Assembly (NCBI GenBank): GCA_036172245.1
Contig: JAYWIR010000014.1
Coordinates: 744,001 to 808,000, forward strand
Length of the DNA: 64,000 nt
Reading direction: 5' to 3'
Source of the DNA: Raillietiella orientalis
Lineage: Eukaryota
Of this stretch, positions 26,701 through 41,126 are shown one piece after another. Positions within the stretch are counted from its first letter, which is position 1; every line of letters begins with the position of its first letter. Position numbers and translations under genes: made by a program. The notes beneath the pieces were generated by a model. That model saw nothing but the letters and a program-made list of their open reading frames with translations. It searched no databases and had not been told where the DNA came from.

Positions 26701-29700
26701 GAAATCCTCAGGAAGAGAGAGGTTACCACTTCCTTGGTTGCATGAGGACCTGGAACGATTCCCAATCTCAGATATCTCAAGTGAGTGACGGCAGAGAAAA
26801 TTCTGGAGCCCGAAATTCCGACGATGACTCTCACCGCATGACACCGCATGACACTCTCGTGCAGCCGGAACATCACGGGAAAAGACGTGCTGGATCACGT
26901 GTTCTCGCAGGCCGCTTGTTATCCTTTAATCCTAAAGAAGAAGGACGAGAAAAGCCAAATTCCATGGTCGTGAGGATGAGAGACTTCACATGAAGAATGC
27001 AAACAAGCAGCAGCTGGTGGAACTGGAAGAGCCGAACCGCAGGAAGACGTCCCGATAAGATGTTCTCTGAGAGCTAGAGATGCTTGCTGCTCTATAGAAT
27101 GCTGAACAGCAGATTCAGTTTCTTTCTTTTTTCTTTTTTATTACTTTTCTGCATCAAAAATGGACTCCGGGACTTCCTTATTTTGTCATTTCTTTGGCAA
27201 CTGGAAAAAACTTGGAACTGCCTCTCCTTCCTGCAGTCCCCTGCTGAGAACAACGTGGAAAACAAGAGCCGAGAATCGCAAGGCAAAGACGATCACCCGG
27301 TTTCTCCTCCTCCAGCAAGGACATCGTTGCAAGCGCCTGAGGGAGTAAGCTCGGGACAGAAATCTGCTGCGCCTGGACTTCGTTTCGCGAGCTGATGGAT
27401 CAGAGACAAGGCGATGGGGAGAAGCGGGAGCGATTCGCAACCATCGCCAGATGATGCTGGAGGATCCCTGTCTGCTGCAGAGTGGATGAGAGATTTATGT
27501 TGCCAAGAAACACGATTCCCGTCTTTCGAGGAACTGCTCGTCAGAGATGACCAGAAACGTTCAACTGCGCGATGCCGATCGTCGATAAGGATATCCGTCG
27601 CAGCTTCCATTTTTTACGCCAAGCAAGAAAATTCGCCAGTTAGTCGCGCATCGCGATTGCGTAGCGACAGGCAAAAATAACTTTTCGCAATTGCCAGCGT
27701 GCTGCTGCTGTCCGAACTCGTCAGGTGGCACCACCAGCGCAGCTGGGTCTCTCGCCTTACGCGCGTGCATGCCGCTGCCGCTACGCTAAGTTCTACGCCT
27801 CCTCCTCCTCCTTCCCTCGTAAGCGAGCGCGATGCTTTGGAAAGGGGGAGTGGGCGGGAAGAGAAAAGGCAAGGGAAAACTGCGTGACCCGATCTATAGA
27901 ACCATGCACGGCACTCTCCCGAAGGATTTCGTTTCTTCTGACGAAAGACATACTGGCAAAACAGCATGGATGCATTAATACGTCAGCAGGCCGAGACAAG
28001 CGAGGCAGCGCAAGAAGCTGTGCAAGATTGGCCATGCAGACGAATGTGGCACGCCACCAAGGCTCGGTCGAGGTGCATGCGATAATCGATGTACACAGGA
28101 ATGCGTGACGAAAGCGAGAAGGATACGACAAAGAGAGGATCGTATCCTCTCTTTGTCGTTTGAAGATGTGCTCTTTGAGTATCCCACGTTTGAGAGAGGA
28201 AAGAACTTTTTTTTTTTTTGTGCAAGAGTATCCAAGCGTTGCTGAGAAGTGTTGGGTTCGTCATGCGGACTTTCCACAGTGGCATTGAAACGGACACTTC
28301 GGCCTCGGCTTAGCCACCGGAAAGGAAGCAGAAATGTGAAAGAATGGGAACGTCTTCGAGGATGCGAAAGACGCTGCGAGACCTCAAGAGCGTCTGCAGC
28401 CGTTTGCGATCAGAAATTCATCTAGAACGCAGCTTGAAACCAAGAGGATAGAATCAAATGATCTGAGCGACCGTCTGCGGTCATCGCACTGGACCCGGAG
28501 CGCGCTCAAGAAAGTCTTGAGCCGCTTGAATCCTCTAGGTCCGAACGCTGGCAGTTGGAGGCAGATCACGTGATGCCTCAAAATTCGTCGTTGCAGAGAA
28601 AACGCGAGAAATGAAATTTCTAGCAATTATGACTCTGGGACGGACGAAATGAAATCACTGCTGGTCCACAAGAACGAGATCCAATCAGATGGTCCAGGAA
28701 AACGAAACGAGGCATTCGAAAAAAGAATTGGGAGCACAGAACAAAAACTCAGCAACCACACTCCCTTGGATGGAAAAAAGGCAGAGTCAAAGATTCACCC
28801 TTCGCTCAAGTTTCGAGAGACGCAAAGTGACTTTCAGAGCTGCGTCTCAGCACGCGCTCGCTGCCAACGAACAAAAAGAGTTCCAGAAGCGCGTCTCTCA
28901 GGGTGCAAGGCGACCACGAAGGCAGAAAGACCTGCCTTGCGACCAAGAAAGAAGACCTCGAGGGCGTTGGGAAGCTCTCGTGGAAGTGTGCGCATCTATA
29001 AAGGACACGATGCTCCCGCGCCCAACCGGTTGCACTCTGCAAGATAAAGAACCCCATGCCAAACTTGGCAGTTTCAGTCATGTTATCGATTCCCATCGAT
29101 GCCCAGATGATGCACAGGGAACGGTTCCTCCTTAAAAAAGGGAGGGGACCTCGTGCTCACCAAATTCAAAGGCGATGGAATGTCTGATTGAAGGCACTTG
29201 GCAAAGAAAGAATGGAAGAAAATCACGAAAGGAAGCTGCAAGATGCACCAGGGACCCTTAAAAGTGCTTAAAAGTGCTCATAGCGACGGATGCATGCACA
29301 ACAGAAATCGAGAGATGCAGACACGGTGTTCCGAAAGGATAATGCAGAAGAATAGCCCCCCCCGGAAGATCGAACAGATACTGGAGAGTTGATAGAAGAC
29401 TCTGCAGAACCACAAGAGAATGAACGGCGGGGTTTCGTGCAACTGCCCGAGGCGAATGATTCGTCCGAGGGTTCTGAGCACGAAGATGGATGGCGGAAAG
29501 CAGAATCGGAAATGCTTGGCAGAGGAGGAGGAACATCCGACGACGGGAGGAGAAGAGAGGAGCGGGGGAGGAGGAGCATCCTAAGGAAGGAAACTGCAAC
29601 CAGCGAAAGTTCGGAGGCAAGCCCGAAGTTCTCAGCCGCGTCAGCCTGACTCCAGCCTGACTGCCGTGCGGAGAGAACCCACGGATGACGACAGGGGACG

Positions 29701-32700
29701 CGCTTCCAATCAAGCAAGGCGCTCTCTCGAGAACGCAAAGAGCGATGGAAATGATGACGATGGCGGGGTGACCCGATCGTGGGTTTTTACCCTCTGGGAC
29801 CCGAGTTCGCAAGTGCAGACCGGGTGCCGAAAGCGATCGACCAGAGACGAGGCAAGTTCGCCCGCCCAGGCTGCCGAAGCCGAGCAGCAGTGTTCTCGTG
29901 CATGGAGCGCGGAAGAGGCGCGTGACGAGATCCTGCGTGGTTTCCGAATGTACTAGAAAGACGAAGCTTCGAACGAGGACTCACCTCGAGCCCCGCATGA
30001 CAGCGCGATCGGCGTCAACACCGCGCCGTTGCCACCCAACTCGAACGCTGATACTTTTCCACCATCTTCCTCCACCAGCGAGGAAATTCCTTTCTTCCGT
30101 TCCTCTGGTTTCCTGCGGGCCCCCTTCTTTCCTTGGAGTTGAGCCGATTCGAATCTCACCCTACAATCATAGTGACCGCTCGACTTGTTTGTGTCCATTA
30201 CTACATGTCTCCACATGAGGTCTCGCCGCTCAGCAACCGCGACATCACTCCCCCAGCTTGAGGAGCAGAGGCCTCGTTTGCTCCTGGAACCATCCCTTCT
30301 TCCCTATCCCATGCACGGAGGATAAAATCCTGCTGTCCGGTTTTTGTTCAACCGCTGATGGCCGACCGAATCCGTGATTTGGGGGATCCCGTGGGAGCGC
30401 GCCGTCTCTGCCGCGCTCACCAAGCTTTTCCCTTTCGTGCCGCCGACAGACCTGTCCCCCTTCAAATCTGCAGCGTAAAACAGCAACCATACCCTCCGGT
30501 CGTAACCTGGCTGGGGTTTACACCCATGCGCCACGCGTGTGCAGTCTCGCTGCTTCGCTCTGAGTTTTTTTTTCCCCTTCTTCTTCTCTTCTTCCATGCG
30601 TCAACGAACGCGCATTTAAAAAATGCACATCTGGGATGCGTTTGTCACAGTGCAGTTCGAGACTCCTGAATGGCCTGATTCGCGTCACATCCAAGACGCC
30701 AGTTGCCCTCCCTTCCTGCGGATCGTCTGCCTCGTCCGGAAAGCGCCATTTGTCGCGGAACGGGAAGTCACCAAACGAGCACGGAATGTTTCCCCTTCAC
30801 TCCTCAGTACAAAAGTCGCTATTGGGAACGGGAAAAAAAAAAACCTCGAGGAACCTCGTTTTCAGGCCTGGCTGGACCGGGACGGAAGACACCTAAGTAA
30901 CAACAACTTTCCTGGCTTCGACTTCCCTCCCGTGGCTGGAAGCAAGCAAGTGACGAGACCCGTATGGTGGGCCTTCCTCCTTGCTGCGCGGGAGCGCCCT
31001 CCGACCCGAGACGGAGAGATGATGTTTTTCGGGTAGCCCTGCCTGCCGTCATCAAATTTTTACGACTGTTTTCCAAGATGCGCGCGCTGCGACGCAAGCC
31101 GCATCGGATGCGGACCGCAACAAGCAGCTGTTCCGTGCAAGATGGCCTTTCCGTTGTTTCGAGACCACGACGACTGACCGTTTGGAGGAATGCCTGTAAC
31201 CGCGCAAAAGCACGGTGAACGGGGAGCCGTTCCCGCCATTCTTTTCCGAAACGAACCTCCGTCGCCACCGCCCCCTCCCTCGATCGCACCCCACTCATCC
31301 GAATCCATGATGCGCACTTCACGGAGGTCTATCAGTGAAGAAAAAGCGCAACATGAAATCTTTTTTTAACTGGTGTTTTTTTTTTTTTAAAAAAAAAAAA
31401 AAAACTTGTATCACGTGGGCTCGATATTCCGACCGACTCTTGCCCACAATTACCACTGTCGATTCGCTTGCCTCCATTTAGTATGCCGGTGGGTCTCGTG
31501 AAAATGGCTAGCGTCGACCCCACCTTTACCGATTTTCATTTCTCTTGAACGCCTTCCGCAAGTGCACTTGGAAGCTGCATGCAAACTCGGCAGCCCATTT
31601 CTAGAGTTTTTTTTCTACTTTCGATTTTTCTTGTACATTCATAACCTACTACTGCTTTCTTTGTGCACGTTTTTTTTCTTTTGTTTTCCCTTCCTGCTTG
31701 CTTGCTCTTCAGAACTCGGTCATATTCTCCGGCGTTCATTTGCTTCTGTCGCCCATTTTGTGTTTGTAACTTTCCATTTTGTATTTACGCAACGCTCTTG
31801 AAGAATTCTTAGAAGCTCATGCAATGTTTGTCATGAAAACAAACGATTGTTTTCGATCCTGATGCACATACCGCGTGCTTTTTTTTCTTTTCTTTTTTTC
31901 ATTATTACTATGACAACCAGGCACCCTAAATCTAAATGTTCATTCTTCCTGGCTTGCGCGACATGGTCAAAAGATACCTTGGCGCTTAACTAACAGTTAC
32001 CGTCTTACTCCGATTTTGCCATATTTTTTTTCACAGAAACCCGTAAGCAGTTCTATTCAGAGGCACAATCCAAAAAAAAACGCTATATTTGAACATCCGC
32101 AAACGTGCATCTTCTGGTTTGCTATCAGCGAACCAATCACCAGCCCAATTACAAATCCGATTTACGACCACAAGTCTAATTATCACTTGAATTTACACCT
32201 GTGATCATTCTTCCATGGAAGAACATTTGCCGCATATTACCAATGCTGACCATCGGGAACCTCGCAGACTTATTTCGATCCCCTTCCACTTTCTTTCATC
32301 GTGCAAAGCAAATCACTGCTTTTCCTTCGCTTGAGCGTCTGCGCTCTTTTCATCACGAACCGTGAACGGGAACACCGAACATCTCTTCATGTTAGGAACC
32401 TTACTACACACTGTATACATTCTAACAACTGCATATTTTATTATAAATTATATGCACTAGCCATGCTTGAAATACTACCATATCTGACCATCCAGATGGC
32501 ACATGTATCGGAATTAATTGTATTTGAAAACCCGCAGATGGCAGTAACGAAAATTTGTAAATTGCACACCCTGACCTACGGGAACAAACAGGCATGCAAA
32601 ATAACAGATATAAGTCGAGGTGGATATAATCATGTCGGTTTCCGTTCTTGAGGGTTTCGTGCCAGACTCTTCATACCGCAATCGACCAGAGGGAGGAAAA

Positions 32701-35700
32701 TCCACCTGTGACAAGTCTGGATACCACCGATTTTCAAAGTCAAATCCTGGAAATGCAAACAGTGTGACAGGAGACATCCCTTCGCAAGTGAGAAAGTGTC
32801 GAAATCTGGAAAGAACGATGTGCCCTGTTCCAAGTTTTATCTCGAGAATTTTCGAATCCGAACCAGAGAAGCCGCTTTCGGGATCAACGGTTTCTTCTTG
32901 AAAATCGTGCTCCCCCCCCCCTTCCCCCGATAAGTGGTTAAGACCTTTCTGTGTGTGATTTTAGCTTTCCATGAAGGCTCCAATTATAGACTGACCTTCC
33001 TTCTCTGCTCCTATCACATATTGAAGCATAACTTCCTCCTGATTTCTTCCGCAATGATTGAAACCAGCTATTTATAACTGCTTCGGATTCCACGCCTATC
33101 ATCGACATATTTTTTCCGTTTTGTTTTCCTTTCAGTATCCTAATGACGTCTTCAAAGTTGTTATAAAATCAAAAGCTGAAAACAAACCGGTCACATTACG
33201 ATAGAAATAAAGGGCACACCAATCCAAATATCCACTGCTCCGTGTTTGTGAAAGTGCACAGTAATCACATTCCAGTGCATGGATTTTTCTTTACTTTATT
33301 GTATTTTTTATTTATTCGCACCTATTTTAGTTTGCCAAGTCTGCTTCGAAACAAAATCTCAAAACAAGTTCTTAACGCACAGACATGGAACGAGGAACTT
33401 TGCAATGACTGAACACACTTCCAGCAAAAGTTTATGAGCTTAAGACCATTTCGTTTTCCTTTGATGACAACTTTATTTCCTATATTCGTTGTCCTTTACT
33501 GACTGATGACTCCCTGCGCATTGTTGTTTCAGAGAAACGGAGACTGAGGTTGGCAACTCTAGTGCCACGTATTAAGAGAGCAATTTGCGAAAATGCTCCC
33601 CTATCGCATTCAAAACTTGAGGGCCTGCTAAATTAGCCATAGAGAAACAAATGGTCGCCTTCTCCTGTGACACAGTTAAGCAAGTTTCCATTTTCTGAGG
33701 TAGAAACTTGCTAAGCAGAGGCCGAGAAGACTTTACTGGAGTCTCAGAGAGCCGGATCAAATGACTTATTCTCGCACATACTTTGTGCTAATTACATATA
33801 CTATTACGTGCATTTATTTTTTTAAAGGATTTTATAAAAAAGAAAAGGATAAATGTATGCAATTGCAAAGCTTTTTTTATTGTTATTCAATAGCACTGCA
33901 CTCGATTAGCAGAACTTCGCTCTCGTTCTACTACGGATATGGCGATAAGCAATTATTGATAGCTGTGCTGTTCTTGGTAGAACGAGAGCAATCTCGATCA
34001 TTATTCATTTCGTTTTAGCGACGATAATCAGCTTTGCCGCTTAATTCTTATAGATCATCCCGGCTTAAGCATATCGATCCATATTCCTGCTTCAACAAAC
34101 TTTGACATAAACGTATTCTGATCTTATAACAACTGGGCCACTTGTATTCACGGTCAGTTCAACCCTGACCACAGCTCGTGCTGGTTGATGCGCACGGCAC
34201 GGGTTTATTTTCCAACAGCATTATGTGTGATCGCACAGCAGTTCCTGTAGCCACAGGAAATTCACTGGTTCAGAATAATATCATGAACAGCAACACGTTT
34301 CCAGAAAGAACGCAACGCCTTGTTTGCATCGAAACTCTTGGGTTCCCGGGGTAATGGTCCGTTTACCGCGGTTCCGTGTAACTGGAAAAGTAAACATACC
34401 TGCAAAGAAAGCAGGATGAGTGATTTGGACCATTTGCAAATATTAGCCAATCGTAATGTATGCGGATTACAAATTTTCTCACGAATTCTAAGAAACGTTG
34501 TCCTGTGATTCCGTAGTTTGACATTCCCAGCATCTCTATCAGGATTCAAACTTAATATAACACTGAAGCATGGAAATAAAATATCACATCATCATACTAC
34601 AGTGTTTTCGGATGCACTGAACTAAAAGATCCATCCCAATGAAATGGAATGAACAAACCGAACCCTCGAATGAACGAACACGATCTTTGTCCAGTGCGTG
34701 ATGCATCATGGTGGTGTTCCTAGTTGATTTGACTATAAATCGCTTGCTACCTTACCGTTGATGAAACAGTATGCTTGATTTTGAAAATATGCAAATGTAC
34801 TTAACCTAACACATGATTTCTTAGGACTGCTCATTAAATAAAAATGGGAAAGGCTGAGAATGAAGCTACACTCAAGCTTACTCCAAAGCAACAAATAGAT
34901 ATTACACTCAAAAACATGACACCTTCTACCTTGAAAACTAACTAAAATTGAAAATTAGTCACAAGACAATTGCAACAAATAAAAAAAGAATTGTCACAAA
35001 TAAGCTTGCTGCAATAAAAAAAAATGATACTACTACTAATTACTACACAACCTAGATACAAAATACTCCGTGTTTCACGTTGTTTTTCTGCTAATGTCCG
35101 ACAATCGGTCATCATCGCACTTCTTACTCAAAACAAACGTTGGTGAAGTATACTGATATTTGTGCATAGTAAATTCAGACAAAGAAGAAAATTGAAACCA
35201 TTCAGGGAACCACTGATGAATTCCGAACTTAGGTGGATGTCTTAGATGCTTTACGAATCCTCTTCACGGTACAAGGTTTCGTATTTACGTTTCTTATGAG
35301 GAATGGGAGAGCAAATAAATGTGAAGGAATGTTTAGAGGGTTTATTTGAAAAAAGCAAAGACTACTTCCATTTTTCACAACACACTGTTAATCTCGTCTA
35401 CTCTTTTTTTTTTATTTTGCTTCATGCAAAATAAAAAAAATCACAATTGGAAGTAAAAGCAAAAACACATACTATAATGCATAATGATTGTATGCTTCAT
35501 CTGTGGGCATCTGAACGACTGACGCAAAAACATCTACGAATCATTTCACACTTCGGTTCTGCCTAGTAAACAGTCACTCAGGTGTCATTCTATCTCGATG
35601 AAAAATGGAAAAATAGTCCTCTATATTCTAAGAAATACACCTTGAATCTGAGTCAATTTAGATCCCAGTTGTTTCTGAACGATTGAATTGTCAACTGTCA

Positions 35701-38700
35701 ATCCACAACATATTTTTAACGTGCGACCACTAAGTAGCTTAAGTTTGTAAGTTTCTGTGGTCGTATTCTGAACTCTGAAAAATAACTCAGCTCAGGTGGC
35801 ATAAAGTTAACTTCATATCTGATTAATTTCCGTTTGAACAGATTGTCTGAAATCCCTGTTAACTGCTCAGCTGAATTCTAGTATGCTACCTATAGCAACA
35901 CGAATGCTGAACTGCGTAGCATTTGTCATATCTCATTTGCAAATCTTGCAATCAACACTGGAGGTAGCAGTATCTCTTTTGTTATTAAAGCATATGAGAT
36001 CTGAAAGCGAATCGTTAAAAAAACCTATACTGATAATAATAAAAAGCAATGTTCTAAACTTTTGTTTTTGTTGAGCTTTACTAGTTTACTACGAGGAAAG
36101 CACAGAATGAATTCCAAAAACGGAACGATTCAGAAAACACGGAAAACTTTCTGCAAACCTCCTAGAACAGGATTCTGATTTGTTACATGTAATTCAAAGC
36201 TGCTTTTTGAAAATCCCTAATTAATCTAATAAGAAAAAAGTATAATCACACGAATCAAGCATGGAAGTGATAAAGCAATGAACATGAATTGGTAGAAAGA
36301 ACAAAGCGCTAGAGAAGATAAAAGAAGTTAGAGAAAGACTACGGACGTTTTTTTAATTATGACACAACGATGAAATTTTCAAAATATACGTGAAAACAAA
36401 AAATACCACCAAAACATCTGCATCTCCAGAAGGTTTCAAAGAAAACTCAAGAAAAAAAATGCCGTCCAGACATAGGATGGGAACTAACAAAAGTATTCAA
36501 ATTCACTATGGAGAGTCAAATTATTTGATCCTGTTCATATTTACTGTCACAAAAATAATAATTAGCTATTACTGGAAGTCCTTATGCATTAAATGGCAAA
36601 ACATGAAAAGTTGAGGAAAGAAGGAAGAGAACAACGAAATCAAAAAACAGAATTTTCAAGGATAGTAAAGATTAGTTTGAACAGGAATACTTCAGGGTCA
36701 CTCTGATAACGATGATGAAACTGACAGACCAAAGGAGATATAAAACAGCAAATTACGGGAGACAAACGAACAAGAGAACAAAAATATGGTGTGAAACATG
36801 CCGCTGCACAGAAAATACGATATGCATGTGTGTACGTATGCCACCACGGATATGTGAAAAACATTGCTAATAAAATCGGATCGATTGAAGCTGCCAATTA
36901 AGGCTAAAACGAAAAAGTCTTGCAAGAAAACAGTTCCTAGGAAGTTAGATATCATCCAGATAACTCCACGATGATCTCCGTTTCACTTTGATTTATTGGA
37001 ACGAACGCCCGAAGACATCCATTATGAAATGCTTCATCTCGTAAGCAAAATCCGTCAAGGCTTTAATTATCAGCATCCAAATCAATCCTACACTGCTAAC
37101 TCAACATTAGATGAAACAACAAAAAAAAACTCACAGAAGAGTACATACTGTTAAATTCCATTTTTGAAAGAAAAACCAACTACAAATAAGAATGCGGAAT
37201 TGATACAAGATTTTTAGTAGTGATCATCATCCAAACATTCAGACATTTGAGCGTTTCCCACAAAATTCTTCAGTAACAAAGCTGTAAGAAACAAATAAAT
37301 TGTTACACACGCGGAAAGGTATCCAATGTGGGATGTTTATGTAAAGTTTATGTAAAGAAAAGTGCTACGCAAAAAAAAAGGCAACAACAAATCCCTTTAT
37401 ATTCCCTTCTACCGATGAATTATATTACTCAAAGTACTCGTGGGCTATTCGATTAAATCGACATGATCATCGAAGAAACGGGAATGAAAGAAGGATGTTT
37501 CAATTTATTTGTAAACTCAAACCTTCCGGGTGGTAAACTCATCTCCCTCTCGAATGAAACAAATCCTCTAAATCTTCACCTGAAAGAAACGACATTTTGA
37601 ATTCCAAGAACAATTTATATTTCGCCACAAGCTTCGACGTGTACAAATGAACGTGAAATTTCTTCACTGCTGGTACGTCAATTACAACTTTATTTGAACT
37701 AAAGACCATCATATTGCTGAGCTAAATAGTCCATATTGCTGCAAGCGTAATTTTACCGTGCAACTTGCGAAGAGTGGTAGGGTAGATGGTAGCCGGCTGC
37801 ATTTTGCATAGCGAACATCAACAATGATTCTAAAAATAACAACAAAAGCAATGAAACGCACTTTCGCAATAACATACGCGCACACACGTATGCGTGTGTC
37901 TGTAGCTTCAGTAAGTTCCCCCAACAATAAAAGTTGAAATTACGAAACCATAACATGAAATCAGATGAGAGAATGCACTTAAATTTGCACTTGTGAGGTT
38001 TGTTTATTTTATTTTCCACGAAATGATTCTTCAATTCAATACACCCGAATGCGTTTGTTACCAGCGAGTTTTTTTCTCATGGATTACATGACCGACAAAA
38101 TATCGAAAACACTTGTCATTTTACTTACTGTTACAGTTTTCTGTTACCAAACATTCAATTGAAAAGTCTTACATTGTTGGATAATACTTTGATTAAAAAA
38201 TTTCTAGGGGGTTCGTTTACTGAAACCACGGAAATAATGGCCTGAATCCACCAGACGCCTACACTCCGGAAATTTTACAAATGTGTACAAAACAATAGAA
38301 AAATAATGTGCGCAGTTTGAGATTAAAATTTCACAAAATGCATACAATTTATTTCGACATCAATTATCCTATTAATTTTTGCTACTGCTCTTACTAAATA
38401 TTGTTTAATTGCTTTACACATTAGAAATCACAATCACAAAAAAACATTTCTTTTTTACTTACTTATGTTCACAATGTATTTAATACACACTTTCCAAGGC
38501 GACAGTATTCATTTTTTCACAATTAAGTAAAAAAAAATTCAAATGAACTTTGAATTAGGATTAACAACTATGACATTATCAATTGGTATACCACTGTCAG
38601 TTTGGGGTCTCTAGTAGTAACCGAATTACAGCATACGTACATTTGAAGACATAGATCTTTAAATACAAAGAAACACTTTCTTTACAAAGGATCAAACATA

Positions 38701-39358
38701 TATAGAGAAATGTATCAAAACCATGGTGTACACAAACCTTAAGTGATTACATCATTTTTGAGTGAATTTCAGATTTTGCAAAAAAAATTTCGCTCAATTG
38801 CTTACTCCTAAACAATACTGGAATTAAAATCAAATCAATAAAGATGACTACTTCAAAATGCCTAAAACTTCTAAGCTATGAAAAGCAGACATAAAATAAA
38901 CTGCACTGATATCTGATATGTTTTTAAAACATACATACTAAAATATAAATTAAAACTTGAGAAAAATTGTCTACATCATTTCTGAGTCCCTCTTCAGCAT
39001 CAAATGTAGCAATATGTGTTTGAAGAAAATAGAGTTTATTGATTTATAAGTGTAAACAAACAAGAGACTCTTTATCCATTTTGGGATCCAGGTTAAATGA
39101 TATATTGCACCCTAATTAGTCTTTCTAACATGTAGTGAAATTCTAGTTTTGCTGCTTATCAAAGGAATAGGTTTACACGGATAATTTACATTACAGATAC
39201 GTTAATTCCCACAAAGTGTGTTATATTTTAATGTTCAAATAGATTATTTTCAAAACAAAATGCTAACAAGCAAAGTGGATTATTTACTAGCATGCAAACA
39301 AGGAAATTCTTCCCAATTAAATAAATTACTGCTTACAAAGCTTGCTTCCTCTGTTGTT

Positions 39359-41126
39359 TCATGATGAAGCTGCAAGGGCCATCAAAGTAAAACTGTGACT
39401 TTTTGGTTCACTTTCCATAATTTGCTTGCACACTTTCACAGCATCCTAGGATCACAGATAATGAATCAAAACATGTAAGCAAATTCATAAAAATCAAATC
39501 AAACACATACAAAAATTACTTTTCACTAAGAAAACCATGAAATTTAATACAATAACAGTGAGATGCCTCCTGAAGAACATAACAAAAAGGAAGCAACATG
39601 AAATTCCAATAATCCCAACATCACTACATAATGCAGCTCATATCACTTCATGGGCCAAGGCACAAGGTACAAACTCGAAATATGTAACCCATGATATAAG
39701 TATTCAGAATCTTTTACTTGCTTCACGTAAACAGTCCCATAGGTACAATTCATGTATTCACGAACACTAACTTACCCAGTATTCCAAGATTTTTTGCTTG
39801 CATGGAAATGATAGTGTATGCGAAGCATATGTAAGATACAAGAAATTTTCGGAACAGAACTACTGAGAACAAGGACCAATTGTCCATTTTAATCTCAAAT
39901 CTTAGATAACCTTATTGTAGGATCCCATGCTTGTAGAATTGTATTACTGCAAGAAAAAGGGAAGAGAAAACTAATGCTCTGATGAACTACAATAAACATC
40001 GGAAATCCAGACACAAACAGCAACAGAAAAACTGAATACAATATAATGTCCCTAGTGAATCAGAAATTAGTATGAACTGCAAGCAAAAAAAAAAAAAATA
40101 GCATATAAGAATGTCTACATAATCTCGCTATTTTTTCTAGCCAGAAAAATCAGATGTTGCCTTCATTTGCAACCGATAAAATTTCATTTGTATTTCATTG
40201 AAAGTCCTACCTAATTTCAGCTCCCCTACTTCAAACTAGTTTAAACATACAATACCATCCAGGACTCTACTCTCATCTAAGCTCTTAAATAATTAACAAG
40301 TAATAAATTAACAAGCAATAGTAACCTGTAAGAAAGTTGCTTTAGTGGTTACTCCATGGACTATGGGATGAGTTCTTCTTCCATCTGTGCCACAATTTTC
40401 AAGTCATGAGACCAAATAGCTACATGATTCACTTACCAAGCTCATATAGTTTTCCATTCTTATGGACAAAAGCAACAAAATGAGGAATAGAGTCTCCCTT
40501 TTTTGGATCTGGAGGAGTTGTCTGCCCCTCTCTTGACAGGTCTTCATGTAATTTAGCAATAAAACCTTCTTCACTAAATGCAAACCCTCTTTCTGAAGGT
40601 AGCAAATCCTTGGTGTGATCTATCAGCTGCTCTAGGATACTATTCTTTTGTATCTGTAATACATCGAGGTTGTTAGCTAAGCCATGAATGAGTGCAATAG
40701 TTCCACAAGCCATAGAAACTCGCTGTTCCATGAAATATACATCACCATTATCAGTAACATCATTACTTGGACGCTGAAATGTCTAGAAAACAGGATACTT
40801 TTCTTACCCCATTGTTAAAATTTTACCTTTTCAGTTAAAGGAAAAAGGAGAAATAAAGCTAAAACAGGCTGGGGAATTGCAGCCAGCAAATCACTGTCTG
40901 TGCCATACACATCATACACTTTCCAGTGCTTTGTAGATACTCCCAATCCTTCTAGAAGCTAGAATACATTTATAACCCAGGATGAAGGCTCAATTCTTCA
41001 TTACCTTGTTCCAAACCTACAATTAGAGGGCCAATGTATAACTACCACAATAATTTCCATTAACAAATTTACCTCAGGATTGGATTCTAAGGGAACCCAC
41101 AAATCAACCGATGATTCGTTCTGCAT
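39359..41126 (-). CDS. Uch: Ubiquitin carboxyl-terminal hydrolase, UCH-L1/L3 type (peptidase C12), 229 aa, 6 exons
   Basis: Exons 41126-41073, 41016-41005, 40958-40827, 40782-40437, 40384-40326, 39445-39359, all GT-AG and phase-consistent. Motifs WVPLESNPE, LFLLFPLT, YFMEQRVSMACGTIALIH (oxyanion Q, catalytic C), PHFVAF (H), LYELDG (D), C-terminal FTLMAL. Confidence 0.95.

Noticed and set aside
6042..31300. Hundreds of overlapping 60-340 aa ORFs on both strands in the ORF track
   Set aside because: Arg/Pro/Gly/Ala-rich, present in all six frames and with no recognisable domains, as expected where stop codons are scarce in very GC-rich intronic and intergenic DNA.
39980..40035. TGATGA...CTGA resembling a C/D-box snoRNA inside UCH intron 5
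   Set aside because: On the strand antisense to the host gene, with no terminal stem or recognisable guide sequence.
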